64,000 nt of DNA from Alphaproteobacteria bacterium (lineage in GTDB: Bacteria; Pseudomonadota; Alphaproteobacteria; Bin95). The notes under the pieces were generated by a model. It made no database searches. It was not told where the DNA came from and saw only the letters and a program-made list of their open reading frames with translations. Positions 53,765 through 64,000 of this stretch are shown in pieces (the stretch's first letter is position 1; every line of letters starts with the position of its first letter). The translations under genes and the position numbers were made by a program. Where the stretch lies: assembly GCA_965205265.1 (NCBI GenBank), contig CBDBGH010000003.1:1600001-1664000 (forward strand), written 5' to 3'.

Positions 53765-54310
53765 TCAGATGACGCCCCTCAGCTTGAGTTTGAGACCGAC
53801 CACTGCGTAGCGGTCGAGGCCGGTGATCTCCGCAATCTCGGAGAACGGCAGGCGCGTTTCGTTGAGCAGCACGGTCGCATGCTGGACGGGCTCCAGCCGC
53901 CGCCGGCTTCGCCACACGAAACCCTGCCCCGCCCGTCTGGCAGGAGGTTCTTCCTCTCGATCCAACCCCCGCCGGAGCGCGTCTTCCCAGGCGGCCCGGA
54001 AGCGGGCGCGGTCCTCGTCCGCCCGCCTTTCGCTTTCCCGGAAGGCATGCGCCCGCGCCGCCGCGCGCGCCCTCCGCATCCGCTCGAACGGGCTTTCCTC
54101 CCGGACGGGTTCCGGCTCGCCGCCCCCCCGCGCCGCTTCGGCGAGCGACATGCCGTGGCGCGCCGCCAGCCGCCGGGCCGCCGCCAGCGCCGCCTCGCGC
54201 TCGCCGTCATAGGAACTGCCGGCCGCCAGCGCCAGCAGGCTCCTGAAACGCGTCCGCTCCGCCTCTGCAAACCCGGTCTGGATCGAACCTCTCCCAAGGC
54301 GCGAAAGCAC
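53765..54310 (-). CDS. Hypothetical protein with a DUF2786-like N-terminus and a C-terminal HTH-like segment
   Basis: LLALA..SSYDGEREAALAAARRLAARHG and LPFSEIAEITGLD. Start uncertain. Confidence 0.6.
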   Translation of the reverse strand: MLSRLGRGSIQTGFAEAERTRFRSLLALAAGSSYDGEREAALAAARRLAARHGMSLAEAARGGGEPEPVREESPFERMRRARAAARAHAFRESERRADEDRARFRAAWEDALRRGLDREEEPPARRAGQGFVWRSRRRLEPVQHATVLLNETRLPFSEIAEITGLDRYAVVGLKLKLRGVI

Positions 54311-54407
54311 AAGCCTACAATCCCGGCGCTGCGATGTTAAACCGGGAATCGGCGGCTATGGCATGCGGCGGATGGCGCTATGCTGGCGTTAATGGGAGGG
54401 AAGCGTC

Positions 54408-54599
54408 ATGGCGGGCGAGACATTCGGCTTTATCGGCCTCGGAAACATGGGCGGCCCGATGGCGCGCCATGCCGCCGCGGACGATGCCCCCTGCCCGACA
54501 ATCGTCCGCGCCTACGATACCGTCGCCGCCTTCGCGGACTCCGACCCGGCCCAGGACATGATCCGCATCTATCCCTTCGTGCGCGACGGGGCTTCCTGA
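54408..54599 (+). pseudogene. Internally deleted beta-hydroxyacid dehydrogenase (MmsB-like) remnant
   Basis: GGAGG RBS, FGFIGLGNMGGPMA N-terminus joined directly to a short C-terminal-like tail, only 63 aa. Confidence 0.6.
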
Positions 54600-54678
54600 C
54601 CCATGCGCAATTTTGTGGCGCCGACCCTGCCCGTTCGCGGGTAAGGTCCAGCGTTTCCCCGTTCCGGCCGGCCCTGTG

Positions 54679-55866
54679 ATGCTCAACGATCCCGTCAAGC
54701 GCAATGTGCTGCTGCTGGCCGTCTGCCAGGCGCTCTATATCTCCGGCACGACCCTGATGATCGTGACCGCGCCGCTGGTCGGCAAGATGCTGCTGCCCGA
54801 GGACCCCGGCTGGGCGACCGCGCCGCTCTTCTTCCACCATGGCGGCGTGATGAGCGCGACGATCCCGGCGTCGCTGCTCATGCGCCGGATCGGGCGGCGC
54901 GCCGGATTCATGCTGGGCGCCGTGATCGGGTGCATCGGGGCGCTGATCGCCGTCGAGGCCATCTATGAACTCAGCTATTGGGGCTTCTGCCTCGGCGTGT
55001 TCGTGATCGGCTGGTTCAACGGATTCGCGATCTTCTACCGCTTCGCCGCCGCCGACACCGCAACGCCGGAATTCCGGCCCAAGGCGATTTCGCTGGTATT
55101 GGCCGGCGGGCTGCTGGCTGCGATCATCGGCCCGGAGCTCGCCAAGCACACTCTGGACTGGCTGGCGCCGGGCTTCTACGCCGGCAGCTATCTCTCGCTG
55201 GTCGGGCTCTATGTGCTTTCCTTCTGCATTCTGGCCTTCGTGCAGATCCCCAGGCTGAGCGTGGAAGAGCGCCGGGACACGGGCCGCCCGCTGAAAGAGA
55301 TCGTGCGCCAGCCCGCCTGCATCGTGGCCATGCTGGCGGCGGTCGCCAGCTATGCCACCATGTCGCTGGTGATGAGCCCGACGCCGCTGGCGATGGAAGC
55401 CTGCGGCTTCGATACGGACGACACCTTCACCGTCATGCAGGCGCATGTCGTCGGCATGTATCTGCCCACTTTCTTCACCGGCCATCTCGTGTCCCGGTTC
55501 GGGGCCCGGCCGATCATCCTCACGGGCATTGCGCTGATCGCCGTCTGCGCGGCCGTCAATCTGTCCGGCGTCGAGCTGATGCACTTCGCCGTGGCGCTGT
55601 TCCTGAACGGGGTTGGCTGGTGTTTCATGTTCGTCGGCGGCTCCGCCCTGCTGACCGAGGTTCACACGCCTGCCGAGCGCGCCAAGCTGCAGGGCGTCAA
55701 CGATTTCGTCGTCTTCGGCTCGATCGCCGTCTCGTCGCTCTTCTCCGGCCACATTCACCACGATCTCGGCTGGGACTGGATCAATATCGGCATCCTGCCG
55801 ATGATCGCCGTATCGCTGCTGGCGACATTGATTTTCGCAGGATCCCGAGGGCGGCGGGCCGCCTGA
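54679..55866 (+). CDS. MFS transporter
   Basis: [38 protein letters not shown]. Confidence 0.88.
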   Translation: MLNDPVKRNVLLLAVCQALYISGTTLMIVTAPLVGKMLLPEDPGWATAPLFFHHGGVMSATIPASLLMRRIGRRAGFMLGAVIGCIGALIAVEAIYELSYWGFCLGVFVIGWFNGFAIFYRFAAADTATPEFRPKAISLVLAGGLLAAIIGPELAKHTLDWLAPGFYAGSYLSLVGLYVLSFCILAFVQIPRLSVEERRDTGRPLKEIVRQPACIVAMLAAVASYATMSLVMSPTPLAMEACGFDTDDTFTVMQAHVVGMYLPTFFTGHLVSRFGARPIILTGIALIAVCAAVNLSGVELMHFAVALFLNGVGWCFMFVGGSALLTEVHTPAERAKLQGVNDFVVFGSIAVSSLFSGHIHHDLGWDWINIGILPMIAVSLLATLIFAGSRGRRAA

Positions 55867-55960
55867 GCCCCGCTCATGCGACAAATCGGGGCTTGAGGGA
55901 CACCCGCCCTTCCCTTACACGCGCCGGCGGCGCTTCCATCGACCCGAGGGGAACCGAGCC

Positions 55961-58069
55961 ATGTCGCCTGTCCTGATTTTCGTCGTCGTCTGCGGCCTCG
56001 CCGCACTGGTCTATGGCGTCGCCGCCTCGCGCTCCGTGCTCGCGGCGAGCCCCGGAAATGCGCGTATGCAGGAAATCGCGGCGGCGATCCAGGAGGGCGC
56101 GCGCGCCTATCTCAACCGTCAGTACCGGGCCATCGCCATCGTCGGCGTCGTCATCTTCGTCGTTCTGCTGCTGCTGCTCGGCGTTTACGAGGCGATCGGG
56201 TTCCTGATCGGCGCGGTCCTCTCAGGCGCCGCCGGCTATATCGGCATGAATGTCTCGGTGAAGGCGAATGTGCGCACGGCCGAGGCGGCGCGGCAGGGAC
56301 TCGCCCAGGGGTTGGCCGTCTCCTTCCGCTCGGGCGCGGTGACGGGGATGCTGGTGGCGGGCCTCGCTCTGCTCGGCGTCGGCGTCTATTACGCGATCCT
56401 CATTTCCGCGGGCGCGGAGGGGCGCGGACTGATCGACCCGCTGGTCGCACTCGGCTTCGGCGCGTCGCTCATTTCCATCTTCGCGCGCCTCGGCGGCGGC
56501 ATCTTCACCAAGGGCGCGGATGTGGGCGCGGACCTCGTCGGCAAGGTCGAGGCCGGCATCCCGGAAGACGACCCCCGCAACCCTGCCGTGATCGCCGACA
56601 ATGTGGGCGACAATGTGGGCGACTGCGCCGGCATGGCCGCCGACCTGTTCGAGACCTATGCGGTCACCGTCGTCGCCACCATGGTGCTGGCGTCCATCTT
56701 CTTCGCTGCCGACGCCGCGCTCGCGGGCACCGTCATGTCCTATCCGCTCGCCATCGGCGGCGTGTGCATCCTCGCTTCCATCGTCGGCACCTTCTTCGTC
56801 CGCCTCGGCGCCTCGCAGTCGATCATGGGCGCGCTCTACAAGGGCTTCATCGTCGCCGCGGTCATCTCGCTGGCCGGCATACTGGCGATGACCGCATGGA
56901 CGGTCGGCATGGGGCCCGTCGGCGAAAGCGGCTTCACGGGCACGCAGCTTTTCGTCTGCGGAGCCATCGGCCTCGTCGTCACCGGCCTCATCATCTGGGT
57001 GACGGAATACTACACCGGCACCGAATACCGCCCGGTCCGCTCGGTCGCCCAGGCTTCGACCACCGGCCACGGCACCAATGTCATCCAGGGCCTGGCGGTC
57101 TCGATGGAAGCCTGCGCACTGCCCGCCGTCATCATCTGCGTCGCCATCATCGCCTGCTACCAGCTTGCGGGCCTGTTCGGCATCGCCATCGCGGTCACGG
57201 CCATGCTGGCGCTTGCCGGCATGGTGGTCGCGCTCGACGCCTACGGCCCCGTCACCGACAATGCCGGCGGCATCGCCGAAATGGCGGAGCTCGAGGAGGA
57301 CGTGCGCGACACGACCGACCGGCTGGACGCGGTCGGCAACACCACCAAGGCGGTCACCAAGGGCTACGCCATCGGCTCGGCGGGGCTCGGCGCGCTGGTG
57401 CTGTTCGCGGCCTATACGGAGGACATCAAGTTCTTCAGCGCCGCCGGCGACGCCTACCCCTTCTTCGCCGGCATCGCGGACGAGGTGACCTTCTCGCTCT
57501 CCGACCCCTATGTCGTGATCGGGCTGTTCGTCGGCGGGCTCCTGCCCTTCCTGTTCGGCGCGATGGGCATGATGGCGGTCGGGCGCGCGGGCGGCGCCGT
57601 GGTCGAGGAGGTGCGCCGCCAGTTCCGGGAGATTCCGGGCATCATGGAAGGCACAGCAAAGCCCGAATACGGCCCCTGTGTGGACATGCTGACGCGCGCG
57701 GCGATCAAGGAGATGATCGTGCCGTCCATGCTGCCGGTGCTCTCGCCCATCGCGCTCTTCCTGCTGGTCTGGCTGGTCGCCGGCAAGGCGGCGGCGCTCA
57801 CCTCCGTCGGCGCGATGCTGCTCGGCGTCATCGTCACCGGCATCTTCGTCGCCATCTCGATGACCGCCGGCGGCGGCGCCTGGGACAACGCCAAGAAATA
57901 CATCGAGGACGGCCATCACGGCGGCAAGGGCTCGGAAGCCCACAAGGCGGCGGTGACGGGCGACACCGTCGGCGACCCCTACAAGGACACCGCCGGCCCC
58001 GCCGTCAACCCGATGATCAAGATCACCAACATCGTGGCGCTCCTGCTGCTGGCCGTACTCGCCCACTGA
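55961..58069 (+). CDS. hppA: Membrane-bound H+-translocating pyrophosphatase (K+-independent signature)
   Basis: [26 protein letters not shown] (Lys signature), [10 protein letters not shown]. Confidence 0.96.
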   Translation: MSPVLIFVVVCGLAALVYGVAASRSVLAASPGNARMQEIAAAIQEGARAYLNRQYRAIAIVGVVIFVVLLLLLGVYEAIGFLIGAVLSGAAGYIGMNVSVKANVRTAEAARQGLAQGLAVSFRSGAVTGMLVAGLALLGVGVYYAILISAGAEGRGLIDPLVALGFGASLISIFARLGGGIFTKGADVGADLVGKVEAGIPEDDPRNPAVIADNVGDNVGDCAGMAADLFETYAVTVVATMVLASIFFAADAALAGTVMSYPLAIGGVCILASIVGTFFVRLGASQSIMGALYKGFIVAAVISLAGILAMTAWTVGMGPVGESGFTGTQLFVCGAIGLVVTGLIIWVTEYYTGTEYRPVRSVAQASTTGHGTNVIQGLAVSMEACALPAVIICVAIIACYQLAGLFGIAIAVTAMLALAGMVVALDAYGPVTDNAGGIAEMAELEEDVRDTTDRLDAVGNTTKAVTKGYAIGSAGLGALVLFAAYTEDIKFFSAAGDAYPFFAGIADEVTFSLSDPYVVIGLFVGGLLPFLFGAMGMMAVGRAGGAVVEEVRRQFREIPGIMEGTAKPEYGPCVDMLTRAAIKEMIVPSMLPVLSPIALFLLVWLVAGKAAALTSVGAMLLGVIVTGIFVAISMTAGGGAWDNAKKYIEDGHHGGKGSEAHKAAVTGDTVGDPYKDTAGPAVNPMIKITNIVALLLLAVLAH

Positions 58070-58096
58070 CGGGCCGGCCCGGCAGGCCCCCATAAT

Positions 58097-58180
58097 CGTC
58101 ATGCCCGGACTTGTTCCGGGCATCCATTTCCGCCACCGCGATGGTCCCGAGAGATGCCCGGAACAAGTCCGGGCATGACG
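58097..58180. repeat. CGTC-tagged palindromic dimer
   Basis: Same arms, spacer similar to 20192-20277. Confidence 0.92.
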
Positions 58181-58282
58181 GGAAAGGAGTGAAGACGCCC
58201 GGTTTCGCCTCGGCCGAACACTTCAAAACCCGGTCGAATCCCGGCTAGGCTGACGGCCGCCCCCCCGACGGACCCGTCTTTC

Positions 58283-59836
58283 ATGCAGGCCGATACGGTC
58301 GACGACCTTTTCCGCCGTTTCGGCCCGAATTACCGCTGGTTCGTGACCTTCTCGGGTCTGGTCGGCGGCTTTTCGATGGTACTGTCGGCCACCATCGTCA
58401 ATGTCGCCGTGCCGGAGGTCATGGGCGCGTTCGGCGTCGGCCAGGACCGGGCGCAGTGGATGGCGACGGCCTTCCTCGCGACGATGACCGCAAGCCAGCT
58501 GCTCAACGCCTGGATCATGGACGCCTTCGGCCAGAGGCTCGGCTTCGCGCTGACGCTCGCGGTCTTCATGGCCGGCGCGCTGATGAGCGCGACCGCCACC
58601 TCGATGGACATGCTCATCCTCGGCCGCGTCCTGCAGGGCGTGGCGGCGGGCATCGTCATGCCGATGACGATGGTGACCATCTTCACCGTCTTCCCGCCGG
58701 AGCGCCGGGGCATGGCGATGGGCATATACGGCGCGGGCGTGGTGCTGGCGCCGGCGCTCGGACCCGCGGTCGGCGGCATCGCCATCGACACGCTTTCCTG
58801 GCGGGCCATGTTCCTGCTGCCGCTTCCCTTCTGCGGCCTCGCACTGGCCGCGGGCATGGTCTTCATGCCCTCCAAGGGGCGCATCGGCAGGCTGCCGCCC
58901 TTCGACTGGTTCGGCTTCGTGTTCCTGGGCGCGGCGCTCTTCCTGCTGATGACGGCCGCAGCGTCCGGGCCGCGCGAGGGCTGGCTCTCCGACCATATCC
59001 TGCTCTACGCCGTGCTCGGGACCGTCGCGGCGGCAGCCTTCGTCACCATCCAGATCAGGAGCCGGGCGCCACTGCTCGATGTGTCGCTCTTCCGCCACCG
59101 CGCCTTCACGGCGGCGGTCATCGTCGCCTTCGTGTTCGGCGTCGGGAATTTCGCGTCCAGCTATGTCATTCCGGTATTCGTCCAGCAGGTCCAGAGCTTT
59201 ACGGCGACCAAGGCCGGCCTGCTGCTCATGCCCGCCGGGCTGCTCCTGTTCTTCGCGCTGCCGCTCACCGGGCGCGCGGCCGACCGCCTGCCCGACCACA
59301 TCCCGATCCTGGCCGGGCTCGGCTGCTTCGCGTTCGGCACCTTCCTGATGGCGACGGCCGACGCCAATACCGGCTTCTGGGCCTTCGCCATATTCACCAT
59401 GATCAGCCGGGTCGGCATGTCCTTCATCATGCCGGCGCTCTCGGCCTCGGCCCTTCGCGCGTTGCCCAACGACAAGCTGGCGCAGGGGTCGGGCGCGATG
59501 AATTTCATCCGCCAGCTCGGCGGCGCGTCGGGCACCAACCTGATCGTCGTCTGGCTGCAATTGCGCACGCACTGGCACGCGGAATCGCTCGCCGCCACCC
59601 AGACCGCGGCCAACACCGCGAGCCGGGGCTTCCTCGAAACCGTCGCCGACCGGCTCGGCATTGCGGGCCTGCCGGACCCCGCCCGGCTCGGCGCGGCGCT
59701 CGACTATCTGGGACAGGTCGTCCATGCGCAGGCGCTGGCCTTCGGCTTCCGGGACTGCTTCCTCGCGCTCGGCATCGTCTTCGTGCTGGCGATGCTGCCC
59801 GCCCTCAATCTGGCGCGCCTCCCCCGCAGGGAGTAG
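58283..59836 (+). CDS. DHA2 (EmrB-like) MFS efflux permease
   Basis: TIVNVAVP, AQWM.T, GRVLQG, APALGPAVGG, NFIRQLGG. Confidence 0.9.
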   Translation: MQADTVDDLFRRFGPNYRWFVTFSGLVGGFSMVLSATIVNVAVPEVMGAFGVGQDRAQWMATAFLATMTASQLLNAWIMDAFGQRLGFALTLAVFMAGALMSATATSMDMLILGRVLQGVAAGIVMPMTMVTIFTVFPPERRGMAMGIYGAGVVLAPALGPAVGGIAIDTLSWRAMFLLPLPFCGLALAAGMVFMPSKGRIGRLPPFDWFGFVFLGAALFLLMTAAASGPREGWLSDHILLYAVLGTVAAAAFVTIQIRSRAPLLDVSLFRHRAFTAAVIVAFVFGVGNFASSYVIPVFVQQVQSFTATKAGLLLMPAGLLLFFALPLTGRAADRLPDHIPILAGLGCFAFGTFLMATADANTGFWAFAIFTMISRVGMSFIMPALSASALRALPNDKLAQGSGAMNFIRQLGGASGTNLIVVWLQLRTHWHAESLAATQTAANTASRGFLETVADRLGIAGLPDPARLGAALDYLGQVVHAQALAFGFRDCFLALGIVFVLAMLPALNLARLPRRE

Positions 59837-59849
59837 TCTCCGCCCCCGT

Positions 59850-59936
59850 GGCCGCTTGCTGGAATCGGTAGACAGACCGGACTTAAAATCCGTGGGGCGC
59901 ATGCCCGTGAGGGTTCGAGTCCCTCAGCGGCCACCA
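59850..59936 (+). tRNA. tRNA-Leu(TAA)
   Basis: GGCCGCT/AGCGGCC acceptor, anticodon loop CTTAAAA, long variable arm, GTTCGAGTC, CCA. Confidence 0.94.
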
Positions 59937-59950
59937 GCCCCCGCCACAGC

Positions 59951-60409
59951 TCACGGATAGAAGACGATCAGCCCCTCGCCGACCATGGCCGGGCGGTCGG
60001 TTCCCTCGATCTCGATGGTGTTGTCCACCACGCAGCGCACGCCGCCGCCCTTGACCGGCTCCGTGGACGCCAGGCTCTGGCGCAGGCGGACCCGGGAGCC
60101 CGCCGGCACCGTGTTGGTGAAGCGCACCCGGTTGAGCCCGTAATTGATCGCGCGGCTGGCGCCCGGCACCGAGAACACCATCAGCCCGGCAGTGAGCGAG
60201 AGCGTGAGGAAGCCGTGGGCGATGGTCTTGCCGCCCGGCATGTCCGTCTTCGCGCGCTCCGTGTCGAGATGTATCCACTGGCGGTCCTCGGTCGCCTCGG
60301 CAAAGCCGTCGATCCGGCCCTGATCGACGGCGATCCAGTCGCTGACCCCGAGTTCCTTGCCGACCCAGCCCTCCAGCTCGGCGAGCGTTGCGATCTCCAC
60401 CACGAGCAC
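59951..60409 (-). CDS. MaoC-family (NodN-like) dehydratase
   Basis: AGAGGAGG RBS + GTG, FAEATEDRQWIH, TIAHGFLTLSL, NYGLNRVRF. Confidence 0.9.
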   Translation of the reverse strand: MLVVEIATLAELEGWVGKELGVSDWIAVDQGRIDGFAEATEDRQWIHLDTERAKTDMPGGKTIAHGFLTLSLTAGLMVFSVPGASRAINYGLNRVRFTNTVPAGSRVRLRQSLASTEPVKGGGVRCVVDNTIEIEGTDRPAMVGEGLIVFYP

Positions 60410-60450
60410 GGCCCTCCTCTCAAACCGGGCCGACCCTAGCCGATAAGCGC

Positions 60451-60906
60451 TCAGTTGGACAGTTCGGCCAGGATGCGCGGCCAGTGCCCGTCGGCGGATG
60501 CGATGTGGCCGGGAATGTCCTTCTCCCAGTTCTTCTGCACCGACTTGGAGTAGTTGAGGTAGAGCCTGCCGTCCACGACCTTCCACGCCTTGGGGTCGAT
60601 GGGCGCGGTATAGCCCTGCGAGACGGCCCAGGCGCAGTAGCCTCCGTATTGCGGCGCATAGCGTTCCGGATCGGCCTCGAAGGCATCGCGGTTGGCCGCG
60701 TTTGCGAAGCGCCACTTGGCGCCGTTCCACTCCACTTCGTGGCGCGACTTGCCCTTCACCGGCTCGCCGGCCTCGAAATAGGCGACAGGGTCGTAGCCGT
60801 GGATGGCGGCGCCGCTGCGCTGGAACACGGGCTCCTTCGCCGCCGCAAAGCCGGCCAGCAGGACGATCAGCGAGGTTGCCGCAAGACGTGTGAAGACGGT
60901 TCGCAT
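60451..60906 (-). CDS. Exported YHS-domain protein
   Basis: Signal peptide, GYDPVAYF, YAPQYGGYCAWA, DGRLYLN. Confidence 0.85.
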   Translation of the reverse strand: MRTVFTRLAATSLIVLLAGFAAAKEPVFQRSGAAIHGYDPVAYFEAGEPVKGKSRHEVEWNGAKWRFANAANRDAFEADPERYAPQYGGYCAWAVSQGYTAPIDPKAWKVVDGRLYLNYSKSVQKNWEKDIPGHIASADGHWPRILAELSN

Positions 60907-60969
60907 TGGATGGTCCTCCACATGGGTTTGCTGCCGGGAAAGATCGGTCCCGCCCCCGGCATCGGCGAA

Positions 60970-61464
60970 TCACGATACGGTGAACGGCTCCTTGACGAAA
61001 TGGAACTCCGTCGTGTTCGACAGGTCGCGCAGCTCGCGGGTCCTGCCGGTCCGCCGGTAGCCGAGCGCCTCGTAGAAGGCATGCGCCTCCAGGAAGCGCG
61101 TGTCGGACCAGAGCTCCACGAAGCGGCTGCCCCGCCGCCTTGCCGCCGCTTCGGTCATGCCGACCAGCCGCCGGGCAAGCCCCTGCCGGCGTATCTCGGC
61201 CAGAACGTAGAGCTTGTGCAGCTCGGTGCCCGCGGGGTCGGCCGCAGGCGCCCAGCCGCCGCCGGCCGCGATACGACCGCCGGCATCTTCCGCAACCCAG
61301 TATTCGCCGCCGAGCGCGTCGAAATGACTCCGCATGGCGCGCAGCTGCGGCTCCTCGGCATCCACGTCGAGGATGCAGCCCTCATAGGCGGACCAGCAGG
61401 CATCGATCAGGCGGATCAGCCCCTCCGCATCGCTGTCGCGGACCGGGCGGATGGTGGCGTTCAC
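60970..61464 (-). CDS. GNAT acetyltransferase
   Basis: ELHKLYV, RRQGLA, LWSDTRF, FYEALGY. Confidence 0.88.
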   Translation of the reverse strand: MNATIRPVRDSDAEGLIRLIDACWSAYEGCILDVDAEEPQLRAMRSHFDALGGEYWVAEDAGGRIAAGGGWAPAADPAGTELHKLYVLAEIRRQGLARRLVGMTEAAARRRGSRFVELWSDTRFLEAHAFYEALGYRRTGRTRELRDLSNTTEFHFVKEPFTVS

Positions 61465-62840
61465 AGCAGCACCGCGGCGGCAAGGCCCAGAAAGGCGAAG
61501 AAGCCGACGACATCGGTCACGGTCGTCAGCACCACGGAAGACGCGATGGCCGGGTCGATCCGCATCCGGTCGAGCGCGAGCGGGATGGCGACGCCGGAAA
61601 GGCCTGCGACCAGCAGGTTGACCGCCATCGCCGCCGCAATCACCGCGCCCAGCTGCCAGTTGCCGAACCAGGCGAAAGTCAGCGCCGCCGCGATTGCCGC
61701 GAACAGCATGCCGCTGAACCCGCCGACCAGCACTTCCTTGAAGACGATGCGCATGGCGTTGGTGGCCGAGAGCTCCCTGGTCGCGAGCGCGCGGACGGCC
61801 ACGGTCAATGTCTGCGTGCCGGCATTGCCGCCCATCGAGGCGACGATCGGCATCAGCACGGCCAGCGCGACAATGGCCTCGATGGTGGCCTCGAACTGCG
61901 CGATGACGACGGAGGCGAGCACCGCCGTGCCGAGATTGACAAGCAGCCAGGGAAAGCGCTTCGCCGTCGTGGCGGCCGCGGCGTGGTAGAGGTCGTCCTC
62001 ATAGACGCCGCCGAGCTTCAGAATGTCGTCCTCGTGCTCCTCGTCCATGACATCGACCATGTCGTCGATGGTGAGCACGCCCGCGAGCCGGCCGGTATCA
62101 TCGACCACCGGGGCGGAGGTCAGGTCCTGCTGGCGGAAGAGGAATGCCGCCTCCTCCTGGTCCATGCCGACCGGCAGCACCACCGGCTCGCCGTCCATGA
62201 TCTCCGCCAGCCCGACCGGCCGGCGGTTGCGCAGGATGCGCGAGAGCGGGAGGCTTCCGACCGGGCGGTGGCGCGGGTCCACGACGAAGATGTCGAAGAA
62301 GGTGTCCGGCAGGGAGGCGTCCGCGCGCAGATAGTCTATGGTCTCGCCGACGGTCCAGTAGGCGGGCACGACGACCGTCGCCCGCTGCATGAGCCGCCCG
62401 ACCGTGTCCTCTTCGAAGGTCAACGCCTGTTCGACCGCCAGGCGGTCCGCCTGCGGCAGGCGGGCCAGAATTTCCCGGCGGGTCTCCTCGTCGAGATCGG
62501 CGACGACTTCCACGGCGTCGTCGTCGTCGAGCCGGGCGACGGCCTGCGCAAGCTCCTGCGGCGCCATCTGCTCCACGACTTCGCCGCGCACCGTCTCGTC
62601 GAGCTCCGCAAGGATGTCGGGGTCGAGCGCGCCGCGCAGCGCTTCGAGCACAGCGGAGCGCTCGTCCGGCGCTATGCGCTCCAGAAGGTCCGCGACATCG
62701 GCGGCGTGGAGGGGAGCAAGCCGGACGCGGACAGTCTCGGCGTCGCCCGCCTCGAGGATATGCCGGACCAGATCCGGCGTCAGCGCCAGGGCCTCGTCCG
62801 CCCGGTCATCGGCGCGCGGGACCGTATGGGGCTCAGCCAT
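61461..62840 (-). CDS. mgtE: Magnesium transporter MgtE
   Basis: LHAADVA, CBS pair, MGGNAGTQ, DPAIAS, TTVTDVVG. Confidence 0.95.
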   Translation of the reverse strand: MAEPHTVPRADDRADEALALTPDLVRHILEAGDAETVRVRLAPLHAADVADLLERIAPDERSAVLEALRGALDPDILAELDETVRGEVVEQMAPQELAQAVARLDDDDAVEVVADLDEETRREILARLPQADRLAVEQALTFEEDTVGRLMQRATVVVPAYWTVGETIDYLRADASLPDTFFDIFVVDPRHRPVGSLPLSRILRNRRPVGLAEIMDGEPVVLPVGMDQEEAAFLFRQQDLTSAPVVDDTGRLAGVLTIDDMVDVMDEEHEDDILKLGGVYEDDLYHAAAATTAKRFPWLLVNLGTAVLASVVIAQFEATIEAIVALAVLMPIVASMGGNAGTQTLTVAVRALATRELSATNAMRIVFKEVLVGGFSGMLFAAIAAALTFAWFGNWQLGAVIAAAMAVNLLVAGLSGVAIPLALDRMRIDPAIASSVVLTTVTDVVGFFAFLGLAAAVLL

Positions 62841-62867
62841 CGTATCCCTCCGCGCATGTTGGGCTCA

Positions 62868-62954
62868 TGGTGCGGTCGAGAAGACTCGAACTTCCACGGG
62901 GTTGCCCCCACAGCGACCTCAACGCTGCGCGTCTACCAATTCCGCCACGACCGC
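62868..62954 (-). tRNA. tRNA-Leu(GAG)
   Basis: Minus strand GCGGTCG...CGACCGC acceptor, anticodon arm CAGCG-TTGAGGT-CGCTG, GTTCGAGT, CCA. Confidence 0.94.
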
Positions 62955-63011
62955 ATCTTGGAGACGCGCTAGACTGCCCGTCTCAAGGCGGAGGCGGGAT
63001 AGCAAATCGCG

Positions 63012-63665
63012 ATGGCGCTTTCAAGACCGGTGGAATGGCGCATCGACGAGGGGCCCATCGGCTATGAGACGGCGGTCGCGGCCATGGAAGAGCGGGTCCG
63101 CGCCATCCGGCAGGACGGGTCGCCGGAGCTCGTCTGGCTGCTGGAGCATCCGCCGCTCTACACGGCCGGCACCTCAGCCGACCCGGCGGAACTGCTGGCG
63201 CCGGACCGTTTCCCGGTGTTCAGGACGGGCCGTGGCGGGCGCTACACCTATCACGGACCGGGCCAGCGCATCGCCTACGCCATGATCGACCTCCAGGCGC
63301 GCGGACTCGGCGTGCGCGACTATGTGTGCGGCCTGGAAGAGTGGCTGATCCGGACAGTGGCGCGCTTCGGCCTGGTCGGCGAGCGGCGCGAGGGGCGCAT
63401 CGGCGTCTGGGTCCGCCGCGGCGGTGCGGAGCGCAAGATCGCGGCGCTCGGCGTGCGTGTGCGCCGCTGGGTCGCGTTCCACGGCGTCGCGCTCAATGTC
63501 GAGCCCGATCTCGGGCATTTCGACGGCATCGTGCCCTGCGGAATCGAGGGCTTCGACATCACCTCGCTCGCGGCCGAAGGCATCACCGCCTCCATGCCTG
63601 AGGTGGACTCGGCGCTCCGGGCCTGCTTCGAGGAGGTGTTCGGGGAGGCGCCCCACCCTCTTTAG
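63012..63665 (+). CDS. lipB: Lipoyl(octanoyl) transferase
   Basis: [39 protein letters not shown]. Confidence 0.95.
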   Translation: MALSRPVEWRIDEGPIGYETAVAAMEERVRAIRQDGSPELVWLLEHPPLYTAGTSADPAELLAPDRFPVFRTGRGGRYTYHGPGQRIAYAMIDLQARGLGVRDYVCGLEEWLIRTVARFGLVGERREGRIGVWVRRGGAERKIAALGVRVRRWVAFHGVALNVEPDLGHFDGIVPCGIEGFDITSLAAEGITASMPEVDSALRACFEEVFGEAPHPL

Positions 63666-63669
63666 GCGG

Positions 63670-64000
63670 TCAGCGCTTCTTCTCCAGCCGGAAGCGCGTG
63701 TGGCACTGCTTGCAGATGTCCGCAAGCTGCCTTGCCGCCTCGCGGGGCGCGTCCGCATTCGAGGCCAATCCGCGGGCGGCGAAGGCAAGCTTCGCCGCCA
63801 ACGCATCGAATGCCGCCCGGTCGGCAGAGATCGCCGGCAGGGCTTCCGAGGGGTGGTGGAAGCTGCCGTCCGGAAACAGCTTCGGAATCTTCGCCGCATG
63901 CCCGGCAATCCGCATCGCGGCGTCCCGAACCGCATCGGGCTCGGAACGCCGGATCGCGTCCCGGATGGCCTTCGTCGCGCGTCCGATATCGACCATGGCG
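63670..64000 (-). CDS. Cytochrome c' / c556-like (5' end outside the window)
   Basis: LFPDGS, ALPAI, C-terminal CKQCH..FR class II heme motif. Confidence 0.8.
   Translation of the reverse strand, partial: AMVDIGRATKAIRDAIRRSEPDAVRDAAMRIAGHAAKIPKLFPDGSFHHPSEALPAISADRAAFDALAAKLAFAARGLASNADAPREAARQLADICKQCHTRFRLEKKR

Noticed and set aside
55961-58069. Na+-pumping pyrophosphatase
   Set aside because: The GNTTK (Lys) signature indicates a K+-independent H+-PPase, which is ordinary.
60451-60906. Selenoprotein (some YHS-family members use Sec)
   Set aside because: The YGGYC codon is TGC (Cys) and there is no in-frame TGA.

Overview
High-GC (roughly 70%) alphaproteobacterial (Rhodospirillales-like) chromosome segment. 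Most of it is housekeeping or metabolic: nth, a TPP-riboswitch-controlled thiamine/HMP ABC transporter, a D,D-carboxypeptidase, clpSA, glnE, bcp, glcB, accA, xerD, aroKB, hppA, mgtE, lipB, three tRNAs, and several MFS transporters and CoA/oxidoreductase enzymes. An accessory zone at about 11.0-18.6 kb holds an IS21 element inserted in a truncated IS1634 that is fused to a truncated IS630. The same zone has an orphan IS630-type HTH ORF, an Xre/RES toxin-antitoxin pair with a frameshifted toxin, and a DUF3883-like relic. The most unusual signal is non-coding. CGTC-tagged palindromic (REP-like) dimers are the insertion target of two different ~355-360 bp MITE-like elements with terminal inverted repeats and target duplications. 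One of them carries its own target site inside itself and is found nested inside a second copy of itself (31683-32510). All calls come from reading the sequence and ORFs by eye; no searches were run.
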